A stretch of DNA of 64,000 nucleotides from Alphaproteobacteria bacterium MarineAlpha3_Bin2 (GTDB lineage: Bacteria > Pseudomonadota > Alphaproteobacteria > Rhodospirillales > Casp-alpha2). Shown here one piece after another: positions 38,692 to 48,728 of the stretch. The notes beneath the pieces are model-generated. The model saw only the letters and a list, made by a program, of their open reading frames with translations. It had not been told where the DNA came from and did no database searches. Position 1 is the first letter of the stretch. Every line of letters starts with the position of its first letter. Both the position numbers and the translations under genes were made by a program. Location of the stretch: the NCBI GenBank assembly GCA_002938315.1, contig PTLL01000003.1, forward strand, positions 4,005-68,004. The letters run 5' to 3'.

Positions 38692-39708
38692 TTATTCCGC
38701 CGCTTGGGTAATCGCGCCGGCGGGCGGTGACATGTCCAACATTTTTTCGAGCGGTTTAAGGGCCCGGAGTCTCAGATCTTCGGGCATTTCTACCCGGGGT
38801 GCCTCGTTGGCCATGGCCAGATAGGTTTTCTCCAAAGTGTTCATTTCCATGTAGGGGCAATCGGCGCAATTGCAGTTGCCGTCGGCGCCGGGGGCGGCAA
38901 GAAAGGTTTTTTCCGGGGCTGCCTTTTCCATCTGATGAATGATGTGGCGCTCGGTGGCGACGATGAATTCATTGGCCGGGGCGCTCAAGACGAAATCCAG
39001 GATTCCCTTGGTCGACCCGATATAGTCGGCGTGGCCGAGTAAGCCCTCGGGGCATTCCGGGTGAGCAGCAACCAGAGCGCCGGGATGGGCGGCTTTGAGC
39101 TTGATCAACTCACGGGTGGAAAAGCGATCGTGGACGATACAGGTGCCATCCCACAGGGTCATTGTGCGGCCAGTCTTGGATGCCAGATAGCTGCCCAGGT
39201 GGCGATCCGGCGCGAACAGGATCGGCTGGTCTTGCGGCAACTGGTTGATGATGTGTTCGGCATTCGACGACGTCACGATGATGTCGGACAGTGCCTTCAC
39301 CTCGGCCGAGCAATTGATATAGGTGATGGCGATGTGATCCGGATGCTCGGCCCGGAAGCGGGCGAAATCATCCGGCTGGCAGACGTCTTCCAAGGAGCAC
39401 CCGGCGTCGGCGTCGGGCAGCACCACCGTTTTGTCGGGGCTTAGTATCTTGGCGACTTCGGCCATGAAGCGCACGCCACAGAATACGATCATGTCAGCGT
39501 CGGTAGCGGCGGCCTTGCGCGACAGGTCGAGCGAGTCGCCGACGAAATCGGCCATGTCCTGAATCTCGGCGTCCTGATAATAGTGCGCCAGGATGATGGC
39601 GTTCTTTTCGCGTCGCAGCCGTTCGATCTCGGCCCAAGGGTCAAACTTGGGATCGAGGGCCTTTTCCTTCAACGCGTCGCCGTCCGGAAGGATGACGGTT
39701 TTCATCAA
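38692..39708 (-). CDS. nadA: quinolinate synthase
   Basis: 338 aa, …ILAHYYQDAEIQDMADFVGDSLDLS…, with conserved Cys residues for the 4Fe-4S cluster. Confidence 0.9.
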   Translation of the reverse strand: MMKTVILPDGDALKEKALDPKFDPWAEIERLRREKNAIILAHYYQDAEIQDMADFVGDSLDLSRKAAATDADMIVFCGVRFMAEVAKILSPDKTVVLPDADAGCSLEDVCQPDDFARFRAEHPDHIAITYINCSAEVKALSDIIVTSSNAEHIINQLPQDQPILFAPDRHLGSYLASKTGRTMTLWDGTCIVHDRFSTRELIKLKAAHPGALVAAHPECPEGLLGHADYIGSTKGILDFVLSAPANEFIVATERHIIHQMEKAAPEKTFLAAPGADGNCNCADCPYMEMNTLEKTYLAMANEAPRVEMPEDLRLRALKPLEKMLDMSPPAGAITQAAE

Positions 39709-39864
39709 GGCTTTTCTCCTGTTGAGTCGGGAAATAGCGTTAATTCGCCTTTCGGCAATCGTGTCATCTGTTAAGGACTCTAATGTGGGAATTATATAGG
39801 GCTGAAAAATGCGTTCCGCAAAAGTTCAAGCACGGGTAACTGCTAACAGGTGACAATCAAATCG

Positions 39865-41007
39865 TCAACCGGCATGGGGTTGGGCCATGTAATCGGCGCT
39901 CTGCATTTCCATCAACCGCGACACCGTGCGTTCGAACTCAAAGGCCCCGTCACCTTCGGTATAAAGGGCTTCGGCGGGGGCGTTGGCAGAGCAAATAAGG
40001 TTGACATTGGCTTCGTAAAGAGCGTCGATTAAAGTCACAAAACGCTTGGCTACGTCCCGTTTTTCCGATCCCAGCTTGGGGATTCCTTTTAATACCAACG
40101 TATGAAAACTAGAGGCGATTTCCAAATAATCGCCGGGCCCTAGGGGTTTTTCGCACAGGTCTTTAAAATCGGCCATGGCGACGCCTTCGGCGACCATGGG
40201 GATAATGATCTCGCGTCCCTGCACCTGCAGCGTCACCGGGGCGGCGTGTCCGCCGATACTCAGGCTCCGGAAATCTTCATTCAGCCGACTTTCGGCCTTG
40301 GCGTTCGCCGGGGTTATATAGACATCCATGGCCTTTAGCCGGTCGAGGCGATAATCGACACCGGCGTCCAGTTCCAGCATCTCTAAGGATTCGCCCAGCA
40401 TGTCGATGAAGGGCAGGAACAGTTCCCGTTGCAGACCGTCCTTGTAGAGGTCTTCCGGCGGCCGGTTGGACGTCGCTACAATGACGACGCCCTGATCGAA
40501 CAGCGCCTCAAACAGGCGGCCCAGGATCATCGCATCGGCGATGTCGGTGACATGGAATTCGTCGAAACACAGCAGCCAGGCCTGATCGGTAATGACCCGC
40601 GCCAGCGCCGCCAGGGGTTTGGTGGTTTCCTTCGCCTTTCCCGCCTGGACCGCTTCGCGGTAATTATGCATGCGTTTGTGGACTTCGAGCATAAAGGCAT
40701 GAAAGTGAACCCGCTTGCGCTCCTGGGTGGTGGTGGTATCGAAAAACAGGTCCATGAGCATGGACTTTCCGCGCCCGACGCCCCCCCACATGTAAATGCC
40801 CCTGGGTGGCGGTATCTTGTTTCTGCCGAGTTTGAGCCGTGCTTTCCAGCCGGTCCTGCCCATTTGCGGCGTGTAATCCGTTAACCGTTTGTGCAAATCC
40901 TGCAACCGATCCATGGCGTGCGCTTGAGACGGATCGGACTTGATGGAACCGTCCTCCAGCAAGGCGCGGTAGGCTTGTTCAGGATCGTGCAGTGAATGGT
41001 GGTCCAT
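39865..41007 (-). CDS. zapE: AFG1/ZapE-family ATPase
   Basis: From the ATG at 41007 ([13 protein letters not shown]…): Walker [13 protein letters not shown] and Walker [10 protein letters not shown]. The upstream part of the ORF-track entry is Pro/Arg/Trp-rich and discounted. Confidence 0.85.
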   Translation of the reverse strand: MDHHSLHDPEQAYRALLEDGSIKSDPSQAHAMDRLQDLHKRLTDYTPQMGRTGWKARLKLGRNKIPPPRGIYMWGGVGRGKSMLMDLFFDTTTTQERKRVHFHAFMLEVHKRMHNYREAVQAGKAKETTKPLAALARVITDQAWLLCFDEFHVTDIADAMILGRLFEALFDQGVVIVATSNRPPEDLYKDGLQRELFLPFIDMLGESLEMLELDAGVDYRLDRLKAMDVYITPANAKAESRLNEDFRSLSIGGHAAPVTLQVQGREIIIPMVAEGVAMADFKDLCEKPLGPGDYLEIASSFHTLVLKGIPKLGSEKRDVAKRFVTLIDALYEANVNLICSANAPAEALYTEGDGAFEFERTVSRLMEMQSADYMAQPHAG

Positions 41008-41026
41008 GGGCGGGATTACCGGAATA

Positions 41027-42418
41027 TCAGGACGCCGTCTGGGTCTGGCCCGGGTGGGAGGCGATGGGCGCCATGGCCATCTCCATTTCACGGCGCACGG
41101 CGAAGGCAACCGAGTTTCCGGCCATGGAATCGGTGACGTCATCAACGTCTGACCATTGCACCACCGCACCCTTTTTGACCGACGTCTTGAGGGTCAGGCC
41201 ATGGGCTAACCCGATGGGAACAGCGCCAATGGTGAGCGAGTCGCCAGCCACCATAAGCCGCCCCCAGACAGTGTACCCGCCTTCGCCGTCCAGAATTTCC
41301 CCGGCGGCCAGGTCGCGCTTGGCCGTGGCCACCACATCGGCGATGAAGTCGCGGGCGGTGCCGGTCGCCTCATTTTTGATCGCCGCCTTGGCGACACTGA
41401 TTCCCAGTTCCAGCCCAATCAGATGATACGGCCGCCACAGTGCAGAATATCTGCCGCTGGCATCGGTGATCAGGCCGTAATCGGCAAAGCAGCGCTCAAC
41501 GTAATCGCTGGGCGCTTCGAAGGTCACGTATACGCCCCAGCGTAGATCGCCAATCAGATCCTTGCCATCGCGCCCGCGGCTGGAAATGACCTCCACTTGC
41601 CCCTTGTGGTGCAGGGTGCCGCCATCGACCTCGGGGATCAAGGTGGCGGCCAGTTCGTCGGCGGGGCACGGCGGAAAGGTCAGGCCCCCCGGCGCCGGGG
41701 TCAGGCCGGTGGCGTTGGCCACGGCGGCCATTTCAATACCGGATTTGGTGCCGTCGAGGAAGGAATTGAACATCTTCGGATTGAGGCCGCTTTCCTTTGC
41801 CCGTTCCGGGCTGATGCCGTAATGGCCCCACACCGTTTCCGGGGTCAAGGCATGGAATTCCGGCATGTATAAGGTGCCCTTGCCCGCTGCGACCACCTCG
41901 AACCCGGCGGTCCGGGCCCAATCCACCTGTTCGCAGATCAACGCCGGTTGATCGCCGTAGGCCATGGAATAGACGATACCCGCCTGGCGGGCCTTATCAG
42001 CCAGCAACGGGCCGGCCAGGACGTCAGCTTCGACGTTGACCATGATGATATGGCGCCCGCGATCAATGGCGGCCAAGGCGTGGCGGATACCGGCTTCGGG
42101 ATCGCCCGTTGCTTCGATGATCACCTCCAGGCCGCCGGCGTTGATCAGAAGACCGGCATCATCGGTCAGGAAGGTGGCACCTGTGGCCAAGGCCTTGGCC
42201 GGCGAGGTGGCGCTGGTTTGCTCTTCCGGCCAACCGGTGGCGCGCATTGCGGCGCGGGCGCGATCCACCGACAGGTCGGCGATGCCAAGAATGTGAATCC
42301 CCGGCGTATGACGGGCCTGGGCTAGGAACATGGAGCCGAACTTGCCGGCGCCGATCAGGGCGACATGGATCGGCTGATCATTTTCGGCTCGGGCCAAAAG
42401 CAATTGGTGAAGGTTCAT
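41027..42418 (-). CDS. NAD(P)-binding homoserine-dehydrogenase-like oxidoreductase with C-terminal SAF-like domain
   Basis: From the ATG at 42418: [31 protein letters not shown] (Rossmann fold)…, 463 aa. The layout resembles the predicted homoserine dehydrogenase plus SAF domain family. Confidence 0.6.
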   Translation of the reverse strand: MNLHQLLLARAENDQPIHVALIGAGKFGSMFLAQARHTPGIHILGIADLSVDRARAAMRATGWPEEQTSATSPAKALATGATFLTDDAGLLINAGGLEVIIEATGDPEAGIRHALAAIDRGRHIIMVNVEADVLAGPLLADKARQAGIVYSMAYGDQPALICEQVDWARTAGFEVVAAGKGTLYMPEFHALTPETVWGHYGISPERAKESGLNPKMFNSFLDGTKSGIEMAAVANATGLTPAPGGLTFPPCPADELAATLIPEVDGGTLHHKGQVEVISSRGRDGKDLIGDLRWGVYVTFEAPSDYVERCFADYGLITDASGRYSALWRPYHLIGLELGISVAKAAIKNEATGTARDFIADVVATAKRDLAAGEILDGEGGYTVWGRLMVAGDSLTIGAVPIGLAHGLTLKTSVKKGAVVQWSDVDDVTDSMAGNSVAFAVRREMEMAMAPIASHPGQTQTAS

Positions 42419-42520
42419 ATAAAAAGGCCAAGGTCGTATGATAACGGTTGTTCGTTTTAACCTGCGCTTGACGAGACTACCATCATATAAAAGCGGTGGG
42501 ATAGTCCACCAGGGAAACAG

Positions 42521-43366
42521 GTGAAGATGCAAGCACTGTTAAATAATGAAGTCACGGTTAGGCTGAGCTTCTTCTTCGGCGTATTCGCGGTGATGGCGAT
42601 CTGGGAGGTGATGGCCCCAAGGCGCCCGTTGACGCAATCGAAGGCGGTTCGCTGGTATTCCAATTTAGGCATCGTCGCTTTGAACACAATTCTAGCCCGC
42701 ATCGTCTTCCCGGTGGCGCCGGTGGTCGTCGCCATGGTGGTGACCGAGCGCGGCTGGGGATTGCTGCCGATGCTGGAATTGCCGGGCTGGGCCGTCATCG
42801 CCGCTGCCGTGGTGATTCTCGATTTCGCCATTTATCTCCAGCATGTCATGGTGCATGCGGTGCCGATGCTGTGGCGGTTGCATCGAATGCACCATGCCGA
42901 CCTGGATTTCGATGTTACCACCGGGGCCCGGTTTCACCCCGTCGAAATCCTGTTGTCGATGGCGATCAAGATGGTGGTGATCATCCTGATCGGTGCGCCG
43001 GCGGTGGCGGTGCTGATCTTCGAAATCGTGCTCACCGCCACCGCCATGTTCAATCATTCCAACGTTAATCTGCCTTTAGGTATGGATAGAGTTTTTCGGT
43101 TGGTGGTGGTGACGCCTGACATGCACCGCGTCCATCATTCCGAATTACCGCATGAAACCAATTCCAATTTCGGCTTCAACCTGCCCTGGTGGGACCGGCT
43201 ATTCGGGACCTACCGGGACCAACCTGAAAAGGGCCACCAAGACATGACCATCGGCATTGATCTGTTCCGCGACCCGGGTGAGCTTCATCTTCACAAGATG
43301 TTGGCGCAGCCGGTTGCCGGAGAAGTGGGGGAATTCCCCATCAAACGTCGTGATTGGGACAGATAG
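42521..43366 (+). CDS. sterol desaturase / fatty-acid hydroxylase family membrane protein
   Basis: 281 aa, hydrophobic, with His boxes HVMVH, HRMHH and HRVHH. Confidence 0.75.
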   Translation: MKMQALLNNEVTVRLSFFFGVFAVMAIWEVMAPRRPLTQSKAVRWYSNLGIVALNTILARIVFPVAPVVVAMVVTERGWGLLPMLELPGWAVIAAAVVILDFAIYLQHVMVHAVPMLWRLHRMHHADLDFDVTTGARFHPVEILLSMAIKMVVIILIGAPAVAVLIFEIVLTATAMFNHSNVNLPLGMDRVFRLVVVTPDMHRVHHSELPHETNSNFGFNLPWWDRLFGTYRDQPEKGHQDMTIGIDLFRDPGELHLHKMLAQPVAGEVGEFPIKRRDWDR

Positions 43367-43369
43367 GGG

Positions 43370-43996
43370 TTATTCAGAGGGATTGAATTCCGCCATCAGC
43401 CGCGCCACCTCGATGGCCTCGGCGTCGCCGGTGGCGTTGAGGCCCTTGATGACGCATTCCCTGTCGGCGACGGAATTTTTCTGGTTGAGCTTGAACTTTC
43501 CTTCCAGCCGGTTGATCGGCATTTCGAAGGCGACGATGCCTTTAAGCATGTTTGTGCGATAGTCCTCGTCCATATCATCTATGGACCAGTTTCCAGTGGC
43601 ATCGCTTTCATAATAATCGACCATGTCTGCCTGTCCCTGGAGGATGGCACCTGGGTCGTCAATCACGGCTGGTTTTCCATAGGCATGGACGGTGACGTAG
43701 TTCCAGGTCGGAACCACTTTTTCGGATTCGTACCAGTTGGGAGATATATAGGCATGAGGACCCCAGAAAACGACTAACGCTTCGGTTTCGCCATCGAAGG
43801 CCTGCCATTGCGGGTTGGCTTTGGACAGATGGCCTTTCAGGCGGCCGTGTTCGCCGCCGTCGTCCAAGAGCAATGGGATATGGCTGGCGAAAGGAATGCC
43901 ATCGAAGTTCATCACCAACAAGGCGAAACTTTGCTCGCGCATAAAATCGATCAGCACCGCTTTGTCGTCGATGGCGTAATGCCGGGGCCTATACAT
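43370..43996 (-). CDS. FMN-binding negative transcriptional regulator (PaiB family)
   Basis: 208 aa, MYRPRHYAIDDKAVLIDFMREQSFALLV…HLSKANPQW…VPTWNYVTVHAYG…KFKLNQ, the PaiB-family pattern. Confidence 0.7.
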   Translation of the reverse strand: MYRPRHYAIDDKAVLIDFMREQSFALLVMNFDGIPFASHIPLLLDDGGEHGRLKGHLSKANPQWQAFDGETEALVVFWGPHAYISPNWYESEKVVPTWNYVTVHAYGKPAVIDDPGAILQGQADMVDYYESDATGNWSIDDMDEDYRTNMLKGIVAFEMPINRLEGKFKLNQKNSVADRECVIKGLNATGDAEAIEVARLMAEFNPSE

Positions 43997-44078
43997 TGAA
44001 CCTGAACTCCATTGTGGGAATTGCCGGTGCGGCTTATATCATAGGTAGGAAATTTTAAAACCAATTCGGGAGAAAGCC

Positions 44079-44285
44079 ATGGACGAAGAAATTTTCAACT
44101 TGCAACTACGCAAGTTTCTTAAAAATGTCGGGGTGACCTCGCAGCGTGAGATCGAAGGCGCCGTGCGTGCCGGCCTTGAAGACGGAACCCTGAAGGGGGA
44201 AGAAACCATCCGGGCCAAGGTCACCCTGAGCATCGAGACGCTAGGCCTCAGCGCCGATATCGAGGGTGAAATCAACCTAGCATAA
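44079..44285 (+). CDS. small conserved-looking hypothetical protein (68 aa)
   Basis: MDEEIFNLQLRKFLKNVGVTSQREIEGAVRAGLEDGTLKGEETIRAKVTLSIETLGLSADIEGEINLA. Balanced composition and a GGGAGAAAG RBS. The overlapping minus-strand ORF looks like a shadow. Confidence 0.5.
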   Translation: MDEEIFNLQLRKFLKNVGVTSQREIEGAVRAGLEDGTLKGEETIRAKVTLSIETLGLSADIEGEINLA

Positions 44286-44309
44286 AGCCGCGGTGTAAAA
44301 CCTGGGTCT

Positions 44310-45098
44310 CTACCGTCTTTTGACCAACGCTGACTTAATTTCGCCGATCGCTTTGCCGGGGTTTAAGCCCTTGGGGCACGTGTTGGTGCAATTCATGATC
44401 GTATGGCAGCGATATAATTTGAACGGGTCGTCCATGTTGTCGAGTCGCTCGCCGGTGGCTTCGTCGCGGCTGTCGGCAATCCAACGGTAGGATTGCAGCA
44501 GGATCGCGGGGCCTAGATAACGGTCACCGTTCCACCAATAGCTGGGACAGCTGGTCTGGCAACAGAAACACAAGATGCATTCCCACAGGCCATCCAATTT
44601 TTCACGTTCTTCGGGACTTTGCAGCCGTTCGCCCGGCGGCGGCGGGGTGTCGGCCTGCAACCATGGCTTGATTGAGGTGTATTGAGCGTAGGGAATGCTG
44701 AGGTCGGGGACCAGATCCTTGATTACCGGCATGTGGGGTAGGGGGGATATGGTGATATCGCCTTTATATTCCTCGATGGGCTTGATGCAGGCCAGCGTAT
44801 TCGTACCGCCGATGTTGTCGCCGATGTTAAAGGCGCATGATCCACACACCCCCTCGCGGCACGACCGCCGGAAGGTCAGGGTCGAGTCCATTTCGTTCTT
44901 AATCTTGATCAGTGCGTCCAAAACCATTGGCCCGCAGGTATCGAGATCGACTTCGAAAATATCCCAGCGAGGATTTTCGCCCAGGTCCGGGTCCCAACGA
45001 TAGACCTTGAAGTTTCTGATGCGCGTTGCGCCGGCCTCAGCCCGGACGGTCTTGCCCTTGGTGATCTTTGAATTGGCCGGCAGTGTGAATTCAACCAT
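44310..45098 (-). CDS. sdhB: succinate dehydrogenase iron-sulfur subunit
   Basis: 262 aa with Cys clusters [21 protein letters not shown] and [12 protein letters not shown]. Confidence 0.96.
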   Translation of the reverse strand: MVEFTLPANSKITKGKTVRAEAGATRIRNFKVYRWDPDLGENPRWDIFEVDLDTCGPMVLDALIKIKNEMDSTLTFRRSCREGVCGSCAFNIGDNIGGTNTLACIKPIEEYKGDITISPLPHMPVIKDLVPDLSIPYAQYTSIKPWLQADTPPPPGERLQSPEEREKLDGLWECILCFCCQTSCPSYWWNGDRYLGPAILLQSYRWIADSRDEATGERLDNMDDPFKLYRCHTIMNCTNTCPKGLNPGKAIGEIKSALVKRR

Positions 45099-45113
45099 CT
45101 CGAATTGTTCCCT

Positions 45114-46904
45114 TTAGTAAACCCTGGCTTTGGGGACGATGTAATCGACCTCGTCGGTCAGGGTCCAGGTATGGACCGGCCGGTAGGTCAGCGTCACGGT
45201 GCCGCTATCGGCAATCCAGGCGAGCGTGTGTTTCATCCAATTGTCGTCGTCGCGGTCAGGATAATCTTCATGGGCATGGGCGCCGCGGCTTTCTTTGCGG
45301 GCGTCGGCCGAATGCATGGTCGCCAACGAACAGGCCAACAGGTTTTCCAATTCCAGGGCTTCGACAAGATCAGAATTCCAAATCATGGAGCGGTCCGAAA
45401 GCTGGATATCGGCGATGGTGCCTGAGATCTGATCTATTATTTTGACGCCTTCGGCGAGGACATCGGATGTCCTGAAGACGGCGGCGTTTTCCTGCATGGC
45501 GCGTTGCATGGCCAGCCTGATCTCACTGGTTTTGGTGCCGCCGTCAGCAAAGCGGAGCCTGTCCAGGCGATCAATGGCGTGATCGGCGCTATCGGCGGCG
45601 AGCGGTTGCAGCGGCGCACCGGGGGTGAGCAATTCGGCGGCCTTGTCTGCGGCGGCGCGGCCAAACACGACCAGGTCCAGAAGCGAATTGGTCCCGAGCC
45701 GGTTAGCGCCGTGGACAGACGTAGACGCGCATTCGCCGATCGCCATCAGGCCCGGTGTGGTGGCGTCAGGATCATCATCCGTCGGTCGCAGGACTTCACA
45801 GTAATAATTGGTTGGGATTCCTCCCATATTGTAATGCACCGTCGGCAGCACCGGGATCGGTTCCTTGGAGGCGTCTACGCCGGAGAAAATTTTTGCCGAT
45901 TCGGTGATACCCGGCAGACGCTGATGAAGCAGGTCTTCGCCCAGGTGTTCCAGATGCAGGAATATGTGATCCTGCTCATCGCCAACTCCCCGCCCCTCGC
46001 GGATTTCGATGGTCATGGCGCGGCTGACCACATCGCGGCTGGCCAGATCCTTGGCCGTCGGCGCGTAGCGTTCCATGAACCGTTCACCCTTGGTGTTGGT
46101 CAGGTAGCCGCCTTCGCCGCGTGCCCCTTCGGTAATCAAGCATCCGGAGCCATAGATGCCCGTCGGGTGGAATTGGACGAATTCGTGGTCCTGTAGCGGA
46201 AGTCCGGCCCGCGCGATCATGCCGTTGCCGTCGCCCGTGCAGGTATGGGCTGAGGTGCAGGAAAAATAAGACCTCCCATAGCCGCCGGTCCCCAGCACCA
46301 CCAGGTTGGCGTGGAAACGGTGAATGCTGCCGTCGTCCAAGTTCCAGGCGACAATGCCCTGGCAGGCGCCGTCGGCGTTCATGATCAGGTCGATGGCGAA
46401 GTATTCGATGAAAAATTCAGCGTTTTGTTTCAGGCTTTGCTGGTAAAGGGTGTGCAAAATGGCATGCCCGGTCCGGTCGGCGGCGGCACATGCGCGTTGC
46501 ACTGGGGCCTCGCCGAAATTACGCATGTGGCCGCCGAAGGGGCGCTGATAGATTTTGCCTTCGGGCGTGCGCGAAAACGGCACCCCGTAGTGTTCGAGCT
46601 CATATACCGCCGGCACCGCTTCGCGGCACATGAATTCGATGGCATCCTGATCACCCAGCCAATCCGATCCCTTGACCGTGTCATACATATGCCAGCGCCA
46701 GTTGTCCTCGGCCATGTTGCCGAGCGCCGCGCTTATGCCGCCCTGGGCGGCGACGGTGTGTGACCGGGTCGGAAAGACCTTGGTGACACAGGCAGTTTTC
46801 AGGCCCGCGGTGGCCATACCCATGGTCGCCCGCAAACCAGCGCCGCCGGCGCCGACGACGATAACGTCGTATTTATGATCGGTGATCGGGTAGGCCTGGG
46901 CCAT
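45114..46904 (-). CDS. sdhA: succinate dehydrogenase flavoprotein subunit
   Basis: 596 aa with [11 protein letters not shown] and the FAD-attachment motif [10 protein letters not shown]. Confidence 0.97.
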   Translation of the reverse strand: MAQAYPITDHKYDVIVVGAGGAGLRATMGMATAGLKTACVTKVFPTRSHTVAAQGGISAALGNMAEDNWRWHMYDTVKGSDWLGDQDAIEFMCREAVPAVYELEHYGVPFSRTPEGKIYQRPFGGHMRNFGEAPVQRACAAADRTGHAILHTLYQQSLKQNAEFFIEYFAIDLIMNADGACQGIVAWNLDDGSIHRFHANLVVLGTGGYGRSYFSCTSAHTCTGDGNGMIARAGLPLQDHEFVQFHPTGIYGSGCLITEGARGEGGYLTNTKGERFMERYAPTAKDLASRDVVSRAMTIEIREGRGVGDEQDHIFLHLEHLGEDLLHQRLPGITESAKIFSGVDASKEPIPVLPTVHYNMGGIPTNYYCEVLRPTDDDPDATTPGLMAIGECASTSVHGANRLGTNSLLDLVVFGRAAADKAAELLTPGAPLQPLAADSADHAIDRLDRLRFADGGTKTSEIRLAMQRAMQENAAVFRTSDVLAEGVKIIDQISGTIADIQLSDRSMIWNSDLVEALELENLLACSLATMHSADARKESRGAHAHEDYPDRDDDNWMKHTLAWIADSGTVTLTYRPVHTWTLTDEVDYIVPKARVY

Positions 46905-46910
46905 AGGACA

Positions 46911-47294
46911 TCAGCCTCCGAATGCCAGTTTAGCAACGGAATAAATCGTGAAAACGCCTAGGAAAATGGCGCCCAGCTTGACTCCTATCAAGGCCACAAA
47001 GCGGACCGCCTCATGGTGGATGTAATCTTCGATAATTACCTGCATGCCGATTTGACCATGGTGGTAGACGGCGATGGTCAACAGGATTAGCAGCACCGGA
47101 TTACCATCCGCACTGGCCCAGGCGACGAAGGTGGCGTGGTCGGCGTTAACCATGGAAATCGCCGATACCACGAACCACAAGATCAACGGCACCAGGGCGA
47201 TGGCGGTAATCCGTTGCGCCCACCAATGGCCGACGCCGCCTTCCGTAGATAGACCGCTGCCTCGAACCCTGCTGAGTGTTGAACGGAGTTCCAT
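46911..47294 (-). CDS. sdhD: succinate dehydrogenase membrane anchor subunit
   Basis: From the ATG at 47294 (MELRSTLSRVRGSG…HWWAQRITA…). It has three hydrophobic helices, and its start overlaps the sdhC stop (TAATG). Confidence 0.85.
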   Translation of the reverse strand: MELRSTLSRVRGSGLSTEGGVGHWWAQRITAIALVPLILWFVVSAISMVNADHATFVAWASADGNPVLLILLTIAVYHHGQIGMQVIIEDYIHHEAVRFVALIGVKLGAIFLGVFTIYSVAKLAFGG

Positions 47295-47689
47295 TAAATC
47301 GCTCCCGCCACCCAATATCCGGCAAGGAAGGTAAGAACCGTCATCACGCCGGTGAAGATTAATACCGCCCAGCCCGAAATATTAAGTTTATCCATTTCGT
47401 AGCCCCAACCGATATCCCAGGCCAGGTGACGGATGCCGTTGGCCAGGTGGTAAAACGTCGCCCCGGTCAGTCCCAACAACACCAAACGCCCAAACCAGGA
47501 ACCCAGGAACCATTGCGCCCGGGCAAAAGCCTCGGGCCCGTAGGTGGCCGAGGCAATCCAGTAGGTCATCATCACCGCACCGGCCCAAATAACGACGCCG
47601 GTGATCCGGTGCAGGATTGACAATATAGAGGTGAGCTGGGGTCGATAAACCTGAAGATGCGGTGAGAGTGGTCGGTTACCGGATGGCAT
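47294..47689 (-). CDS. sdhC: succinate dehydrogenase cytochrome b556 subunit
   Basis: From the ATG at 47689: MPSGNRPLSPHLQVYRPQLTSILSILHRITG…. The upstream part of the ORF-track entry is discounted. Confidence 0.88.
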   Translation of the reverse strand: MPSGNRPLSPHLQVYRPQLTSILSILHRITGVVIWAGAVMMTYWIASATYGPEAFARAQWFLGSWFGRLVLLGLTGATFYHLANGIRHLAWDIGWGYEMDKLNISGWAVLIFTGVMTVLTFLAGYWVAGAI

Positions 47690-47943
47690 GGGCGAAAACC
47701 TCTCAAACAAGGGCGGAAACGATTCGAGAGGCGCTTCCACGTTAATAAATTGGTAAACGGACGACAGGGCCAAGTCAACGCTCACGGGCTCTATAGATTG
47801 AGCCTTCGGGGCGGCGCGATTGTTGCGCCAGGTGGACGGCCCCATATCATTCTCGTGCTCGGGGCGGGGTTTCGGTACTGCCGGTTGAGTATTATTCTAA
47901 GATATTGGTTTTACTATATGTTTATTTAAACTGTGAATAGTCA

Positions 47944-47992
47944 TGTGGATAACTTGTGGGCCATTCATGAAAGAATAAGACAGTTATACACA
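47944..47992. promoter_or_regulatory. two DnaA-box-like 9-mers in an AT-rich intergenic block
   Basis: TGTGGATAA at 47944-47952 is the exact reverse complement of TTATCCACA. TTATACACA at 47984-47992 has one mismatch. A weaker TGTGGATCT lies at 48222-48230. Confidence 0.3.
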
Positions 47993-48056
47993 GAATAGTT
48001 GATTTAGGGTCCTGTTTTTAATTGAAAATATCATTCGAAATTTCCATCATTCACCG

Positions 48057-48583
48057 TGTACGCGAAAGCGTTGCCGCGACGTATTCTTGACCTTGCGTTT
48101 GCCGATCTTTCGGGATCGGTAGCGGGCTGAAAAGAAGACGTTGACCCGAGGCGGAATGGGGCTCTACCCACAAGACGCCGAGGGGATGCATCTAGAAAAG
48201 CATTACGCGGTTTTCCGCAGTTGTGGATCTAGGTGCAGGCAGGGGTCTCGTTGATCGCGAGACGGACTTTTCGCGAGACGGCCGCTCTCCCTGGTGGGTG
48301 TTGGCAGTCCCGTGAAGCAAAGGGTCCGTAGCGCGTGGGGGGCTTATGTTATCGGCGGTTCGCGGAAGGGGGGGATTGGCGACGAAAACTCCTGGAATCG
48401 AACCTCGCTATCCGTCCGAGGGCTAATCTCTGCCCAGGGTGTGTCCTTTTGAGGGGTGGCGGAACGATTTGGCCGTTTTTACGTACGTGGAGCCTGGCCG
48501 GCTCCGAGAGGTGTCAGGAGCGTTGTTTCGGCGGCGCGTTATTGAGGTTTCCCAGGACCTCAGTACTTGACACCTCTTTTTTT
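48057..48583 (+). ncRNA. candidate orphan structured ncRNA / non-coding transcription unit (unclassified)
   Basis: GC-rich stretch with no credible ORF and many local hairpins: 48102-48119 (UUCG loop), 48245-48263, 48403-48421, 48489-48505 and 48543-48562. It ends in a plus-strand terminator. A possible TTGAAA-N17-CATCAT promoter lies at 48022-48050. The 5' end is a guess. Confidence 0.3.
48508..48583 (+). terminator. branched Rho-independent-type terminator
   Basis: GAGGTGTCA (48508-48516) pairs with TGACACCTC (48568-48576) and is followed by seven T (48577-48583). The enclosed segment holds its own hairpin TGAGGT/ACCTCA (48543-48562). Confidence 0.5.
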
Positions 48584-48728
48584 ATCAGAGCACTTTTAAG
48601 CTGACAACTATATTTTGTGTTTTTGTGAAAAAATACAGCGAAGATAGTGTGATCAAAGTACTCAATTGAATCTATACTGAGTCTTTACAAGGAATTGCCT
48701 CGGCTTCATCGGCCCGAACCGCCGAGGG

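Noticed and set aside
47880-48230. Chromosomal replication origin (AT-rich block plus DnaA boxes).
   Set aside because: Only two good boxes and one weak box are present, with no repeated AT-rich 13-mer-like unwinding element. Genes on both sides are predominantly on the same (minus) strand rather than diverging from this point.
48380-48404. tmRNA or tRNA-like signals: CGACGAAAACT is identical to part of the E. coli ssrA tag region, and GGTTCGATTCC (a T-loop-like 11-mer) lies on the minus strand.
   Set aside because: No acceptor stem with a G-U pair is present. No 5-bp T-stem flanks the loop and there is no CCA-adjacent pairing. No alanine-resume or ANDN…AA-type tag frame exists; the frame reads GDENSWNRTSLSVRGLISAQGVSF. 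The GG of the 11-mer belongs to another hairpin, so I treat this as coincidence.
48335-48604. 89-aa ORF MGGLCYRRFAEGGDWRRKLLESN… as a protein-coding gene.
   Set aside because: It has a GTG start without an RBS and an Arg/Gly/Cys/Trp/Leu-biased product. It reads straight through the hairpins and the U-tract terminator, so it is more consistent with non-coding DNA.
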